Of a stretch of DNA of 64,000 bases, positions 20,396 through 31,666 are shown one piece after another. A model generated the notes under the pieces. It saw only the letters and a list, made by a program, of their open reading frames with translations, had not been told where the DNA came from and did not search any database. The stretch spans positions 1,664,001 to 1,728,000 of the forward strand of contig CBDBCZ010000019.1 in NCBI GenBank assembly GCA_965203295.1, in the 5' to 3' direction. Source of the DNA: Nitrospirales bacterium (GTDB taxonomy: Bacteria > Nitrospirota > Nitrospiria > Nitrospirales > UBA8639). Both the position numbers and the translations under genes were made by a program. Each line of letters opens with the position of its first letter. Within the stretch, counting starts at the first letter, position 1.

Positions 20396-21658
20396 ATGAT
20401 TTCTATTCTGCGAATTGCCCTTATCGGGTCCCTCATTTTCCCTCTCGGTTACCTGTCCGCTGGTGGATTCTCTTCTCCTCCTATCCCTATCTTGTTGAAG
20501 GAACAGCCTTCTTCGCCAGTTCATTTGATCAAACGAAAGAAAAGCCGAAATCCCTCCCCGACCCTGGTCAAGAACTTACGGTATCATGCCTATCCCACCT
20601 ATACTCGCTTGGTATTCGATTTGCCGGCTCGCGTTACGTTCAAGGAAAAAACGCAGCGAAAATCCAAGAAAGTGATCATCTCGCTTCATCATGCCACGTT
20701 GAGCAAAAAGGCAAACCGCAAGTTACAAGAAAAAAACTTCCCCAAAGGCGTTCACATCACGAAGGCTAATAAGCACACGATCAATGTCACGCTCGACCTC
20801 AAAGTGATCAAATCGTACAAACTCAGAACCTTCAAGAAGCCACATCGCATAGTCCTCGATATCTACCCTCATAAAGGGAAAAAGAGCACGACTAAACGCA
20901 CCGTTAAAGCGGCACCGCGATCGCCTAAAACGGCCAAGGCCGTGGCCCTTCCCGCCCCAGCAACAAAGCGTCCTCAAGATTTACTGATCGTGATTGATCC
21001 TGGCCATGGGGGGAAAGATCCTGGAGCTCTTGGGAAAAAGAGAACCAAGGAAAAGACCATTACTCTGAAAATTTCTAAAAAACTCAGAGAATTAATTCGG
21101 AAACGCATCGGCGCACGTGTTTTATTGACCAGAGAAAAGGATAAATTCCTTGAGCTGGAGGAACGAGTTGAGATCGCTAATCGTAAAAAGGCGGATGTGT
21201 TTATCTCCATTCACGTCAATTCGCATCCCAAAAAGAGCATCAGAGGCTTAGAAGTCTATCATTTTGGAAAAGCCAGTGACCCACGAGCGCTCGAGGTAGC
21301 AGCGAGAGAGAATGGAACTCCGTTGGGTGATAATGCACCTACCTGGCAATTTATCTTAGCTGATAAACTCACTGATCAAAAAATTGATGAATCCCGTGAC
21401 TTCGCCTGGACGACCCGGGCTTCCCTCGTAGCCCGCCTTCAGAAACACTATAAAGTCAAAGATCACGGTGTGAAAACCGCACCATTCTATGTGCTTCGCT
21501 TTACAACCATGCCAGGAATTTTGGCCGAAGTCGCATTCGTATCCAATCCCACAGAAGAGAACCGACTCCGCAGCAAGACCTATCAAAATCGGATGGCGGA
21601 AGGAATTTTTGATGGGATCAACGCGTACATCAAATCTGGCCTTCTCTCCCTTTCGTAA
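20396..21658 (+). CDS. N-acetylmuramoyl-L-alanine amidase (AMIN + Amidase_3, AmiC-like)
   Basis: YTRLVFDL, PHRIVLDI, IDPGHGGKDPGA, ISIHVNS and ILAEVAFVSN. Confidence 0.93.
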   Translation: MISILRIALIGSLIFPLGYLSAGGFSSPPIPILLKEQPSSPVHLIKRKKSRNPSPTLVKNLRYHAYPTYTRLVFDLPARVTFKEKTQRKSKKVIISLHHATLSKKANRKLQEKNFPKGVHITKANKHTINVTLDLKVIKSYKLRTFKKPHRIVLDIYPHKGKKSTTKRTVKAAPRSPKTAKAVALPAPATKRPQDLLIVIDPGHGGKDPGALGKKRTKEKTITLKISKKLRELIRKRIGARVLLTREKDKFLELEERVEIANRKKADVFISIHVNSHPKKSIRGLEVYHFGKASDPRALEVAARENGTPLGDNAPTWQFILADKLTDQKIDESRDFAWTTRASLVARLQKHYKVKDHGVKTAPFYVLRFTTMPGILAEVAFVSNPTEENRLRSKTYQNRMAEGIFDGINAYIKSGLLSLS

Positions 21659-21728
21659 CTGCTTCTCCCTCTCACGTTTAGGTATAATATATCATAGCGA
21701 TTCATAGTGAACGTGCCTGCCTTTCCAT

Positions 21729-22493
21729 ATGCCGACTTATAAACTGACTCTTGAATATGACGGAACAGCCTATGCAGGTTGGCAGCGTCAACCTGAGCAG
21801 CCCACGATCCAAGGTGAGGTTGAAAGGGTACTGGCTCAAATTACGCAAACATCAATCTCCGTCGTTGCGGCTGGACGGACAGATGCAGGAGTCCATGCGA
21901 GAGGACAAGTTGTGAGTTTTCGTTCTTCTAAATCATTGCCGCATCAGAAATGGGTTCGTGCGATCAACGGCTTGTTGCCCCAAGACATCACTATTGTGAC
22001 CATGGAATCTGTCCCTGATGAATTTCATGCCCGATATAGTGTGTTTTCAAAGGAATACGAATACCTGATTTTCAATAGCCCCTTCAAATCTGCACTCGAC
22101 CGAAATCGTTTCTGGCATATCCCTCAAAAATTGGAAGTCTCTGCCATGCGCGAAGCCGCGGTCCATCTCAAGGGCTCCCACGACTTCTCTTCATTTGAAG
22201 GCTCACCGACCGACAACGAAAATCCCGTTTGTGCGATCCAACACTTTGATCTTGAGCAAACAGGGTCGAATATTCGTATCCGAGTCGAAGCGGATCGTTT
22301 CTTAAAACAAATGGTCCGAGCTATGGTGGGAACTTTGGTTGAGGTGGGGCATCAAAAACGAAACCCCAGCGACATGAAGGCGGTGCTTGATTCTCGAGAT
22401 CGTTGTGCCGCTGGACAAACAGCCCCACCGCACGGACTGTACCTCCTGAAGGTCAACTATGAGAAAGGCGATGCTGGAACACAGAAGTTATAA
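21729..22493 (+). CDS. truA: tRNA pseudouridine(38-40) synthase
   Basis: YDGTAYAGWQRQ, AGRTDAGVHA, FLKQMVR and TAPPHGLYL. Confidence 0.96.
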   Translation: MPTYKLTLEYDGTAYAGWQRQPEQPTIQGEVERVLAQITQTSISVVAAGRTDAGVHARGQVVSFRSSKSLPHQKWVRAINGLLPQDITIVTMESVPDEFHARYSVFSKEYEYLIFNSPFKSALDRNRFWHIPQKLEVSAMREAAVHLKGSHDFSSFEGSPTDNENPVCAIQHFDLEQTGSNIRIRVEADRFLKQMVRAMVGTLVEVGHQKRNPSDMKAVLDSRDRCAAGQTAPPHGLYLLKVNYEKGDAGTQKL

Positions 22494-22934
22494 GTCGACG
22501 GGAAGATCTTGCTGGCGTTTCCGTTCTTGAACAACGATCTCACCCTGCATAAAAGGATGTATACTACAATGATAGGAATATCTGCCGGAGGGAAGAGCTG
22601 TTAATCTGAAACTTCTTCCTGGGGGGACAGGCCCGGATTCAAAAGCACATCGGCTTCCCCTTCTGCAGCCATCATGAGTAATGGTATGGAGTTCATGGGA
22701 CTGATTGATCCACTGAATGGACTGATTGGCTTTTACGATGGCACGCATTGGAGTATAAAAGGGTTCATGCATGCTCATGGATATTGCAAAGGTTGCATTA
22801 TCCGCTTGCCCCAGCAGAGGCAAAAGCCCTGATGCTCCTATGATTGCCCAAATACCAAATCTGATTTTCATATGACTCAACACCGAAAGACTCATCTCAT
22901 AAATAAGAGTACGTCTCCGTTTCATGAAAATCAA
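22488..22934 (-). CDS. Plastocyanin/azurin-like copper protein
   Basis: HTIT and YSYHCSIHPFMQG; the start is uncertain. Confidence 0.85.
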   Translation of the reverse strand: MIFMKRRRTLIYEMSLSVLSHMKIRFGIWAIIGASGLLPLLGQADNATFAISMSMHEPFYTPMRAIVKANQSIQWINQSHELHTITHDGCRRGSRCAFESGPVPPGRSFRLTALPSGRYSYHCSIHPFMQGEIVVQERKRQQDLPVDL

Positions 22935-22964
22935 ATAGGCTATTCTTTCTAAGGTTTCTTCTTA

Positions 22965-24221
22965 ATGATCTCTGAACTTGATCACCCGACCTTTCGTTTG
23001 GCCGTCGCTCAATTTGATAAAGCGGCAGAGGCGATGAATCTTGATCCTAATCTACGCGAACGCCTCAAAACCCCGCAACGATCGTTGGTTGTGAGCCTGC
23101 CAATTCGCATGGACGATGGCACCGTTCAAGTCTTTATAGGCTACCGGGTTCAACACGATTCGGCTAGAGGTCCTTCCAAAGGTGGACTTCGGTATCATAG
23201 CGATGTGAATCTGGGAGAGGTAGCTGCCCTGGCCATGTGGATGACATGGAAAACAGCGTTGGCGGGGCTGCCGTATGGAGGGGCAAAAGGAGGGGTGAAG
23301 GTCACCCCACGGGATCTTTCTCTCGGTGAACTGGAACGGCTCACTCGTCGATATGCGGCAGAAATTTTCCCCATCGTTGGACCTGATAAAGACATTGCCG
23401 CCCCGGATATTGGAACCAATCAACAAGTGATGGCCTGGATCATGGATACGTACAGTCAACAAGTCGGTTTTGCCGTCCCTGGGGTCATCACCGGCAAACC
23501 TCTGGCTATTGGCGGAAGCCTCGCTCGTGAAGAAGCCACCGGACGGGGCGTGGTTGACATTACCATGGAAGCCATTCAGCATTTACAGAAAGACCCTGCA
23601 ACCGTCAAGATAGCTATTCAGGGATTCGGCAACGTTGGCTCTCATACAGCACGAATCTTCCACGAAAGAGGATTTCGCGTCATTGCCGTAACTGAACTGG
23701 AAGGGGGATTGTGGAATCCTAACGGGTTAGATATTCCTGCACTACTCAATTCTTCTCAATCCGGGAGCCCACTTTGTGACATGAAGGGCGGCGATTGGAT
23801 CACCAATGAGGAGCTTCTTGAACTCGACTGCACCGTTCTCATCCCTGCAGCGATTTCAGAGCAAATTAACGAAAGCAATGCCACCAAGGTGCGCTGTCAA
23901 ATTCTCACTGAGGCCGCAAATGGGCCTACCTCTCTTGATGCTGATGACATATTAGAAGACCGTGGAATTTTTACCATTCCAGATATTCTGGCCAACTCCG
24001 GAGGGGTAATTGTGTCCTATTTTGAATGGGTGCAGGACGTCCAGCGGTTTTTTTGGAAAGAGCAGGATATCCACGATCGTCTCCATGAGATCATTACCTC
24101 AGCATTTCATCGAACTATAACCTTTGCTCAAAAAAAGAAAACCACGATGCGACTAGCTGCCCTGATCAATGGAATCGACCAAGTGGCAGAAGCTCACAAG
24201 GCTCGAGGGCTCTATCCTTGA
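22965..24221 (+). CDS. Glu/Leu/Phe/Val dehydrogenase (probable glutamate dehydrogenase)
   Basis: GPSKGGLRY, PYGGAKGG, APDIGT, QGFGNVG and PDILANSGGVIVSYFEW. Confidence 0.93.
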   Translation: MISELDHPTFRLAVAQFDKAAEAMNLDPNLRERLKTPQRSLVVSLPIRMDDGTVQVFIGYRVQHDSARGPSKGGLRYHSDVNLGEVAALAMWMTWKTALAGLPYGGAKGGVKVTPRDLSLGELERLTRRYAAEIFPIVGPDKDIAAPDIGTNQQVMAWIMDTYSQQVGFAVPGVITGKPLAIGGSLAREEATGRGVVDITMEAIQHLQKDPATVKIAIQGFGNVGSHTARIFHERGFRVIAVTELEGGLWNPNGLDIPALLNSSQSGSPLCDMKGGDWITNEELLELDCTVLIPAAISEQINESNATKVRCQILTEAANGPTSLDADDILEDRGIFTIPDILANSGGVIVSYFEWVQDVQRFFWKEQDIHDRLHEIITSAFHRTITFAQKKKTTMRLAALINGIDQVAEAHKARGLYP

Positions 24222-24284
24222 AGATTGATGAAGAGGCTCAAGCTCACAAAGAGAGCATGCAGGTGGGGTAAAGGATGGGACAAG

Positions 24285-24770
24285 GTTTCGGATTTAAAGT
24301 TTCCTGGATGCCGCTAAAGCCTGTGGGGTATGACGGTCAAAATTTCGTGCAGTTTACAAAATTTGTCCTCTTTTTTGAATCTGTGTGTTCGCCTTGCGTG
24401 TGGCTGAGTCCCAGCGCTGAATCTCACAACTCGGCGAGGACTGTTTGAGCGAGGGGGTTGTTGAAAAAGACCGCCAGCGGCGTTCTCGTGGCTCGTAGCC
24501 CTCAACGTACATAAGTCGTACGTCTCGGACTTCTCGCGGCCTGCGGCCTTGCTGACGAAACTTTTTGAACAACCCCTAGAGCGAGTTCCGCAGCCATATG
24601 ATTCGGGGCTGGGACGAAGGAGACCCGCAGGGCCATGCCCAGGCGGGAATGGTTTTGGGTCCTTTTGCCAAAACAAAAGGGCCTCGTCGTGCGGGGCCGA
24701 AACCCCGCTCGAACAAAAACGATTTAACCAAATATCCTCGATGCCCGCCTACGACTGCGGGTATGACGGC
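24285..24770 (-). repeat. Composite intergenic element copy 2: hairpin D + element A with nested B at a different site + hairpin D
   Basis: A ~24370-24708 is similar to 41742-41982; B 24454-24576; D-like ...GATGCC(C)GC...GGGTATGAC at ~24304-24333 and ~24738-24767. Confidence 0.88.
24454..24576. mobile_element. MITE-like element B (~123 bp) nested in A
   Basis: TIRs GGGGTTGTTGAAAAAG / CTTTTTGAACAACCCC, flanked by GAG/TAG. Confidence 0.8.
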
Positions 24771-24796
24771 TTATCGCAAGAAAGGCATTTTCTTTT

Positions 24797-25738
24797 TTAC
24801 ACCTCCTCGCCAGCATAGATTTTCATCACGGTCCCTAAGAATTCTAATGCTGCGGGTTTCGAACGTTGAAAAGAATTTCGACCAATAATTGAACCAAACC
24901 CTCCACCATCACGAATCCCTCGAACTTCATCGAATATTTTCTTATCCTCTTCCTTCGCGCCTCCAGAAAAAATCACAATCTTCCGTCCATTAAACGTGCT
25001 CTGCACAACGTGCCGCACACGGTCAGCCGGTGTGCTGATTGGAACCTTTTCAGCATCATAGACCTTTTTAGCCGCTGCCTGTTCAATATGGTCCGCCGGC
25101 ATTTTCACCTTGATAATATGAGCACCAAGTTGGGCTGCAATTTGTGCGGCATAGGCCACGACATCGATTGCTGTCTCGCCTTGTTTACTCAGCCCTCCTC
25201 CCCTGGGGTAAGACCAGACCACGACCGCGAGTCCATAGGCTTTCGCCTCTTGAGCAATTTCTCGAAGATTTTGATACATCGTTTGACTATGAGCAGAGCC
25301 TGGGTAAATGGTATACCCAACCGCACAGCACCCTAGGTGCAACGCATCCTTGACACTACCGGTAATAGCTTGATTCGGATCCTTTGATTCAGACAATGAA
25401 TCACTGTTGTTTAATTTCAGGATAAGAGGGATCTGACCGGCAAACGTACCAGCTCCCGCCTCTAGAAATCCCAATGGAGCTGCATAAGCATTACATCCCG
25501 CTTCTATCCCTAACTCAAAGTGATAATGAGGGTTATACCCGCCAGGATTCTGGGCAAAACTTCGAGCCGGTCCATGTTCAAAACCTTGATCCACAGGGAG
25601 AATCACCAATCGTCCCGTTCCCCCAAGACGACCGTTCATCAGAAGGCGTGCAAGGTTGGTTCGGATTCCAGGGCTTTCACTTTCGTAATTCTGTAAAATT
25701 TCTCTTACTCGATCGGTGATCACTGTGCATCTCTTCAT
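24797..25738 (-). CDS. fbaB: Class I fructose-bisphosphate aldolase (DhnA/FbaB type)
   Basis: ILPVDQGFEHGP, GYTIYPGS, WSYPRG, AHIIKVK and GSIIGRNSFQR. Confidence 0.93.
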   Translation of the reverse strand: MKRCTVITDRVREILQNYESESPGIRTNLARLLMNGRLGGTGRLVILPVDQGFEHGPARSFAQNPGGYNPHYHFELGIEAGCNAYAAPLGFLEAGAGTFAGQIPLILKLNNSDSLSESKDPNQAITGSVKDALHLGCCAVGYTIYPGSAHSQTMYQNLREIAQEAKAYGLAVVVWSYPRGGGLSKQGETAIDVVAYAAQIAAQLGAHIIKVKMPADHIEQAAAKKVYDAEKVPISTPADRVRHVVQSTFNGRKIVIFSGGAKEEDKKIFDEVRGIRDGGGFGSIIGRNSFQRSKPAALEFLGTVMKIYAGEEV

Positions 25739-25822
25739 AAAAGCTTCCTCCTCCTCTTCTTAACAAAAACATTTTCTCTTTTGGGGGATTCAAACCATTG
25801 CTTTGGGCTTCGGTAAAGACTG

Positions 25823-26473
25823 TTAGTTCTTATCCCGGGTTTCAGGGTTCTCGATTCGTTTCCGAAGCTCAATGAGTTCTCGATCCATCGCCTCAAAGCG
25901 TTCGGCAATGGGGTCTGGAATATTGATATGGTCCATGGTTTCTTCAGGCCCTCGGACTCTGTGGCTATTGATTACGCGTCCGGGAATCCCAATGACAGTC
26001 GAGTTCGATGGGACCGATCGTAACACCACAGAATTGGCTCCTACTTTGACAAAGTCGCCAATTTTGATATTTCCGAGAACCTTAGCCCCCGCCCCGATTA
26101 CGACGTGATTGCCTAGCGTGGGATGGCGTTTTCCCTTTTCCTTACCAGTCCCTCCAAGAGTGACCCCTTGAAATAGCGTGACATAATCGCCAATTTCCGA
26201 GGTCTCCCCAATCACGACCCCCATTCCATGATCGATGAAAAAACACCGTCCGATATGAGCTCCCGGGTGGATTTCTATACCTGTGAGCCAACGAGCAAGT
26301 TGAGAGATAACTCGAGGAAAAATTGGGATTCGGGCCCGCCATAAAAGATGTGCAATTCGATAGGCCAATAGGGCGTGAAACCCCGAGTATGCGAGAATCA
26401 CTTCGAATTTACTCGTGGCCGCTGGATCCCTTTCAATCGCAGCCTTCAAATCTTCACGAATACGGCTAAACAT
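25823..26473 (-). CDS. cysE: Serine O-acetyltransferase
   Basis: [28 protein letters not shown] and GKRHPTLG. Confidence 0.96.
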   Translation of the reverse strand: MFSRIREDLKAAIERDPAATSKFEVILAYSGFHALLAYRIAHLLWRARIPIFPRVISQLARWLTGIEIHPGAHIGRCFFIDHGMGVVIGETSEIGDYVTLFQGVTLGGTGKEKGKRHPTLGNHVVIGAGAKVLGNIKIGDFVKVGANSVVLRSVPSNSTVIGIPGRVINSHRVRGPEETMDHINIPDPIAERFEAMDRELIELRKRIENPETRDKN

Positions 26474-26506
26474 ATCCAGTCCCGTGTACTAAAAACTCAC
26501 CATCTA

Positions 26507-26992
26507 TCAGGTGGTGGTGCCAGTTCGTTCGATCAGGCAGACAGCCTGAGCGCTAATGCCCTCTTGCCTCCCGATGCTCCCGATTTTGTCTCCACTTTTG
26601 ACTTTGACATTGATGTTTCCTGGACTCACTTTCAGAACTTCAGCGAGTCGTTGTTTTATAGAGTCCAAGTACGATTCCAACCTAGGGGCTTCGGCTTGAA
26701 TGATGGTATCTAGGTTAACAAGCTGATACCCCTTTTGCGCAAGTAGGCCACACACATGCTGTAGCATAACCAAACTGTTCATATCCTTAAAACTGCGATT
26801 TGAGCTGGGAAAATGCGTTCCGAGGTCCCCAAGACCCATCGCCCCGAGGAGGGCATCACAAATTGCATGTGTCAGAGCATCCGAATCGGAATGACCAGCT
26901 AACCCATGAGTATGGGGGATATCAATTCCACCTAAAATCAACTTCCTCCCAGGTTGTAGGGCGTGAATATCATACCCTAGACCCACTCGCAT
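26507..26992 (-). CDS. ispF: 2-C-methyl-D-erythritol 2,4-cyclodiphosphate synthase
   Basis: MRVGLGYDIH, GHSDSD..HAICDALLGA..GDLGTHFP. Confidence 0.96.
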   Translation of the reverse strand: MRVGLGYDIHALQPGRKLILGGIDIPHTHGLAGHSDSDALTHAICDALLGAMGLGDLGTHFPSSNRSFKDMNSLVMLQHVCGLLAQKGYQLVNLDTIIQAEAPRLESYLDSIKQRLAEVLKVSPGNINVKVKSGDKIGSIGRQEGISAQAVCLIERTGTTT

Positions 26993-27060
26993 CTTACTCT
27001 CCTTCAATATCCTCACATATCAAAAAGAGGTGCAATGACATTGATATTGCCCCCATTTGC

Positions 27061-27774
27061 TCAAGGGTTCTGATTGGCTTTCGCGGCTAACATAGCTTCG
27101 CCAAGAATGAGGTCTTCCGGTCTGGTGATTTTGATGTTGTTGTAGCTCCCATTGACCACCACGACTTCATAGCCCATTTGTTCGATAAGGACCGCATCAT
27201 CGGTCGCCTCAATATCCTCTTGCTCTCCCTGGCGATGAGCCTCGACAAGCAAGGCGGTCTGAAAAGCCTGAGGGGTTTGGGCCAACCATAATTCGCTTCG
27301 GTCAAGGGTCGAATCGACCAAACCTCCCTCTCGCACACGTTTTACCGTATCCCGCATGGGGACAGCAACAACTGAAGCCCCATGGAATTGGGCCATTTCT
27401 ACTGCCTGATTGACCATTTCAGTCGTGACAAAAGGTCTCGCAGCATCATGAACAACGATGACGTCCACACCAGGTGCCACCGCCTTGATTCCATTACATA
27501 CCGAATCCTGACGACGTGCTCCTCCTGCCACGACTTGGGTAACTTTATCTATTCCAAATGAAGGCAGTATGGTCTTCCTGCAATGGTCGCAATCATCCTC
27601 TGGCACAACCAAAATGACCTCAGTCACGACTTGAGTGAATTGGAAAATTTGCAGGGAATGAACCAGAAGGGGAATTCCACCTAACTTCAGAAACTGCTTA
27701 GGGATATTGCCCCCCAGTCGAGCTCCACGCCCAGCAGCGAGGACGATAGCGGCAACCCGATCAGCCACGAGCAA
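27061..27774 (-). CDS. ispD: MEP cytidylyltransferase
   Basis: LAAGRGARLG..PKQF, GGARRQDSV, VHDAARPF, QTPQAF and NIKIT. Confidence 0.96.
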   Translation of the reverse strand: MLVADRVAAIVLAAGRGARLGGNIPKQFLKLGGIPLLVHSLQIFQFTQVVTEVILVVPEDDCDHCRKTILPSFGIDKVTQVVAGGARRQDSVCNGIKAVAPGVDVIVVHDAARPFVTTEMVNQAVEMAQFHGASVVAVPMRDTVKRVREGGLVDSTLDRSELWLAQTPQAFQTALLVEAHRQGEQEDIEATDDAVLIEQMGYEVVVVNGSYNNIKITRPEDLILGEAMLAAKANQNP

Positions 27775-28783
27775 AACTCAAGACATCACGATCAGGTTCT
27801 TCTCTCAATCGAGTAAAGATCATGCGACCGGCACTGGTTTGCAAGACACTCGTCACCACCACATCAACATTTTTCCCGATGGATCGTTTGGCATTATCCA
27901 CCACGATCATCGTTCCATCATCCAAATACGAGACCCCCTGCCCCGCCTCTTTGCCTTCTTTCAACACAAAGACTCGAATAACTTCTCCAGGGAGTACAAC
28001 CGGTTTTAACGCATTACATAGATCGTTGATATTGAGGACCCGTACTCCTTGGAGTTCGGCTACCTTATTGAGGTTCAGATCATTCGTTAAGATTTTCGCA
28101 TTGAGTTTCTTCCCTAGTTCAACCAACTTGGAATCCACTTCTTTAATGTGGGAAAAGTCATCTTCTACGATTTGGACATGGACCTGGGCATTCTTTTGAA
28201 TGTGATTGAGGATATCCAATCCTCTACGTCCACGAGCGCGTTTTAATCCATCAGAGGAATCAGAGATATGTTGAAGCTCCTGGAGAATAAATTTCGGAAT
28301 AATGAATCCCCCTTCAATAAATCCTGTCTCACACAGATCCGCAATCCGCCCGTCAATAATAACACTCGTGTCTAACAACTTAGCCTTAGTTGGAATTCCT
28401 TGCGAACTTAAAGTCTTGGGCCCTAATTCCCAAAAACTCTCTTTTCCCGCCTTGGCGCCAAGAACCAGTCCTAAATAGGGTAAGACCACTAACAACCCCG
28501 CTGCCCCTATCTGAACAATCAAAGAATCGTTCGGAAACACGTAAGCACCGATATAGGTGCAAATTCCAGCAAGGACAATGCCAAGCCCAAATCCGAATGC
28601 CGCTACGGCGATCGTTGCAGCCGTTACATGTCGAAGCCATTGTTCTAGAAAAACAATGATGCCGCTGAGAGCTGCTCCAAGCACGGCACCTAAAACGGTA
28701 GGGAACTTCTCGTCGCCGATCGCAAATCCCACACCTGCCCCAACAGCGATGCATATTCCTATGAAAAGGGCTTGGAGAATCAT
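27761..28783 (-). CDS. PIN/TRAM domain membrane protein (YacL-like)
   Basis: TM helices, LDTSVIIDGRI, RGRRGLD and YLDDGTMIVV; adjacent to ispD. Confidence 0.92.
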   Translation of the reverse strand: MILQALFIGICIAVGAGVGFAIGDEKFPTVLGAVLGAALSGIIVFLEQWLRHVTAATIAVAAFGFGLGIVLAGICTYIGAYVFPNDSLIVQIGAAGLLVVLPYLGLVLGAKAGKESFWELGPKTLSSQGIPTKAKLLDTSVIIDGRIADLCETGFIEGGFIIPKFILQELQHISDSSDGLKRARGRRGLDILNHIQKNAQVHVQIVEDDFSHIKEVDSKLVELGKKLNAKILTNDLNLNKVAELQGVRVLNINDLCNALKPVVLPGEVIRVFVLKEGKEAGQGVSYLDDGTMIVVDNAKRSIGKNVDVVVTSVLQTSAGRMIFTRLREEPDRDVLSFARG

Positions 28784-28873
28784 AGCTCTTCTTTCTCTTG
28801 CCCCTCCATCACGTTTCAGAGTTTATTAAATTCTGGAACTCACTTTGAAATCACAAATTTCAGATGTTTCTTG

Positions 28874-29872
28874 TTACAAATTTTTTTCGGCCATCTCTAC
28901 ATCTTCTCGACTCCCAATAATTAAAGGGATACGCTGATGAAGAGTTCTGGGCTCTACGGTGTTGATTCGTTGGGTGCCCGTTGACCCTAATCCTCCTGCT
29001 TGTTCTACGATAAAACTGAGGGGAGCGGCTTCATACATCAAACGCAACTTTCCCTCTGGCGTCTTCACCTCTTCGGGGTAAAGATACAGGCCACCTTTCA
29101 GGATGATTCTATGAACATCTGCGACCAAACATCCCGTATACCGCAAGGCATAGGGACGACCGGTACTGAGATCCGATTCTTGAAGATAATCTATGAACCG
29201 TTGCATTCCGGAATTCCACTTCCGGCGGTTTCCTTGATTGACGCTATAGATCTTTCCACGACTGGGCATTTTGATATCTGAAGCCGTGAGGAGGAATTCA
29301 CCAACACCTGAATCCAAAGTAAATTGGTGGACACCTCGACCACAAGTATAAACCAGGTTCACACTGGGACCATAGAGAAGATACCCGGCTGCAATTTGTT
29401 GAGAACCCGGCTGAAGAAGTTCTTGCTCTTGATTCGGCGCGGATAAATGGGAATATCGATGAATAGAAAAAATAGATCCCAGGGGTGCATTGACGTCAAT
29501 ATTGGAAGACCCATCTAATGGATCAAAAAACACAGCATACTGGCCGGTATTATTGGCACTGGTAATTGTTAACGGTTTTTCCATTTCTTCTGAAATCAAC
29601 GTTTTGACAATTTCACTGTATTCAAAAGCTTGCACAAACAGGTCGTTGGCCCTTTCATCAAGTTTTTGGACTTCTTCGCCTTGAACATTGGTTTCTCCCG
29701 TAGATCCCAGAATATCAATAATGCCAGATTGGCTAAGATCTCTGGCAATCCATTTGCCGGCCAGGGCAATTTGGCCCATCATAATGGAAAATTCCCCAGT
29801 CACCTCAGGAAATAAGCTCTGTTCTTGAATAATGTGCCTTGTCAATGAAACAGACTTTCCGATAGATCTCAT
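28874..29872 (-). CDS. fbp: Class 1 fructose-1,6-bisphosphatase
   Basis: NVQGEEVQKLD, FDPLDGSSNID, RYTGCLVAD and GKLRLMYEA. Confidence 0.95.
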   Translation of the reverse strand: MRSIGKSVSLTRHIIQEQSLFPEVTGEFSIMMGQIALAGKWIARDLSQSGIIDILGSTGETNVQGEEVQKLDERANDLFVQAFEYSEIVKTLISEEMEKPLTITSANNTGQYAVFFDPLDGSSNIDVNAPLGSIFSIHRYSHLSAPNQEQELLQPGSQQIAAGYLLYGPSVNLVYTCGRGVHQFTLDSGVGEFLLTASDIKMPSRGKIYSVNQGNRRKWNSGMQRFIDYLQESDLSTGRPYALRYTGCLVADVHRIILKGGLYLYPEEVKTPEGKLRLMYEAAPLSFIVEQAGGLGSTGTQRINTVEPRTLHQRIPLIIGSREDVEMAEKNL

Positions 29873-30229
29873 GCTCTGAATCCTAACTCGCTGTCATTCT
29901 GGCACGTTGCCTACAGAAAGAGGCATCACATTCAGTCTGAAGAAGCTCAATTTTTTATATACACCGAACATCTAAAATACTGAAGAATTTCTTAAATAAT
30001 TATAGGCCTTTTCCAAAAAAAGGTCGAGGACATGCACAACGCCTTCGATGTTGTTGATGAAGGTGCCTTTTTCAAAAGCCCCTGAAATGAATGATGCTGA
30101 AGGTTGGAATGACACCGCAATCCTAGACTGTCAGTTGAAAAAAATTCTGGACATGAGAACGACTAACCGAAAGGAGATTAGGGTTCAAAGAAAAGAGGGT
30201 GAAAACACAGGGAAAGAACTCTATGGCGG

Positions 30230-31627
30230 CTATGTTTCAAGCTCTTGACGGCAAGCTTCCAATTCAACCTCAAAAAACGAGCGAATCATATCCAATGAGG
30301 CCTGGGACTCCGCTTCAAATCGCAAGACCAAAGCTGGCTGGGTATTGGAGGCACGGATGAGACCCCACCCTTGATCAAACTGAACTCGAATACCATCAAT
30401 GGTCGTCACATCTCCAATGGCCAACTGAGGCTTTCTCATTGAGGATGCTTTGGCCATTTTCATCACTCGGTCACGAATTCTATCGACAAGAGTGAATTTT
30501 ATCTCATCAGGACAATCCACTCGGATTTCGGGTGTCACAAAACTCTCTGGCAGATCATCCAGTAATGATGACAGGGATTTGCCCGTCTTACTGAGTATTT
30601 CTACCAACCGACATGAGGCATAGATGGCATCATCATATCCATAATAGCGGTCGGCAAAGAACATATGTCCAGACATTTCTCCAGCTAGTAAGGCCCCCTC
30701 TTCTTTCATTTTGGCCTTTAGCACCGAATGTCCAGTTTTCCACATGATGCCGCGACCACCATGTGTTTCGATGTCATCGTACAGTCGTTGTGAGGCTTTC
30801 ACTTCTGAAATGATCGTGCAGCCTGGGTGTGATTCTAAAAGATTTCGGGAAAAGACGATCATGAGTCGATCACCCCACAGGATATTCCCCTTTTCATCGA
30901 TGGCCCCGATTCGATCCGCATCCCCGTCGTAGCCAATTCCTAAATGAGCCCCGTTCTCTTTGACGCCCTTCATTAAATCTTGAAGGTTCTCAGGCACCGT
31001 CGGATCTGGATGGTGATGAGGAAAATTTCCGTCAAGGTTGCAATATAATCCTGTGACCTGACATCCAAGTTGCTCTAATGCCTGCTTCGCAACTAAACTG
31101 GCTGCTCCGTTCCCACAATCAATGACTACATGAAGGTTGGATGCATTGACGGAACGAAAATGGTCTTTTAAAAAGGCTAAATAATTCGGAATAATGGTCG
31201 CTTCTGTGACTCGACCTATACCCGATGAAAACTTCCCAGAGTCTAAAATGGCTTTTATGTGTTGAATGTCAGGACCATGAAGCGCTTCCCGACCAATACA
31301 CAGTTTGAACCCATTATATTCGGCTGCATTATGGCTGCCAGTAATCATGACGCCGCCGTCGACGTTTAATTGAAAAAGCGAAAAATACAAAAGAGGAGTC
31401 GCACACACTCCAAGATCGACGACACTGATTCCACCGGCAAGGAGCCCGCTCGTAAAACAATCCCGTAATGCAGGTGACGTCAAACGTCCATCCCGCCCTA
31501 ACGCCACTGTTCCACACCCTCGTTCCTTTGCCATCGTGGCATGGGCTCTCCCAATAGCCTCGGCTCCATCCAAGGTCAGATCTTTTCCTACAATGCCACG
31601 AATGTCGTACTCACGAAAAATGCTCAC
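30230..31627 (-). CDS. Phosphomannomutase/phosphoglucomutase (AlgC-like)
   Basis: FREYDIRG, TGSHN, DGDADR, GEMSGH and RASNTQP. Confidence 0.95.
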   Translation of the reverse strand: MSIFREYDIRGIVGKDLTLDGAEAIGRAHATMAKERGCGTVALGRDGRLTSPALRDCFTSGLLAGGISVVDLGVCATPLLYFSLFQLNVDGGVMITGSHNAAEYNGFKLCIGREALHGPDIQHIKAILDSGKFSSGIGRVTEATIIPNYLAFLKDHFRSVNASNLHVVIDCGNGAASLVAKQALEQLGCQVTGLYCNLDGNFPHHHPDPTVPENLQDLMKGVKENGAHLGIGYDGDADRIGAIDEKGNILWGDRLMIVFSRNLLESHPGCTIISEVKASQRLYDDIETHGGRGIMWKTGHSVLKAKMKEEGALLAGEMSGHMFFADRYYGYDDAIYASCRLVEILSKTGKSLSSLLDDLPESFVTPEIRVDCPDEIKFTLVDRIRDRVMKMAKASSMRKPQLAIGDVTTIDGIRVQFDQGWGLIRASNTQPALVLRFEAESQASLDMIRSFFEVELEACRQELET

Positions 31628-31666
31628 AAAAGACTTCTCCTCACGTCCCTTCTTCTCTATCTTGGA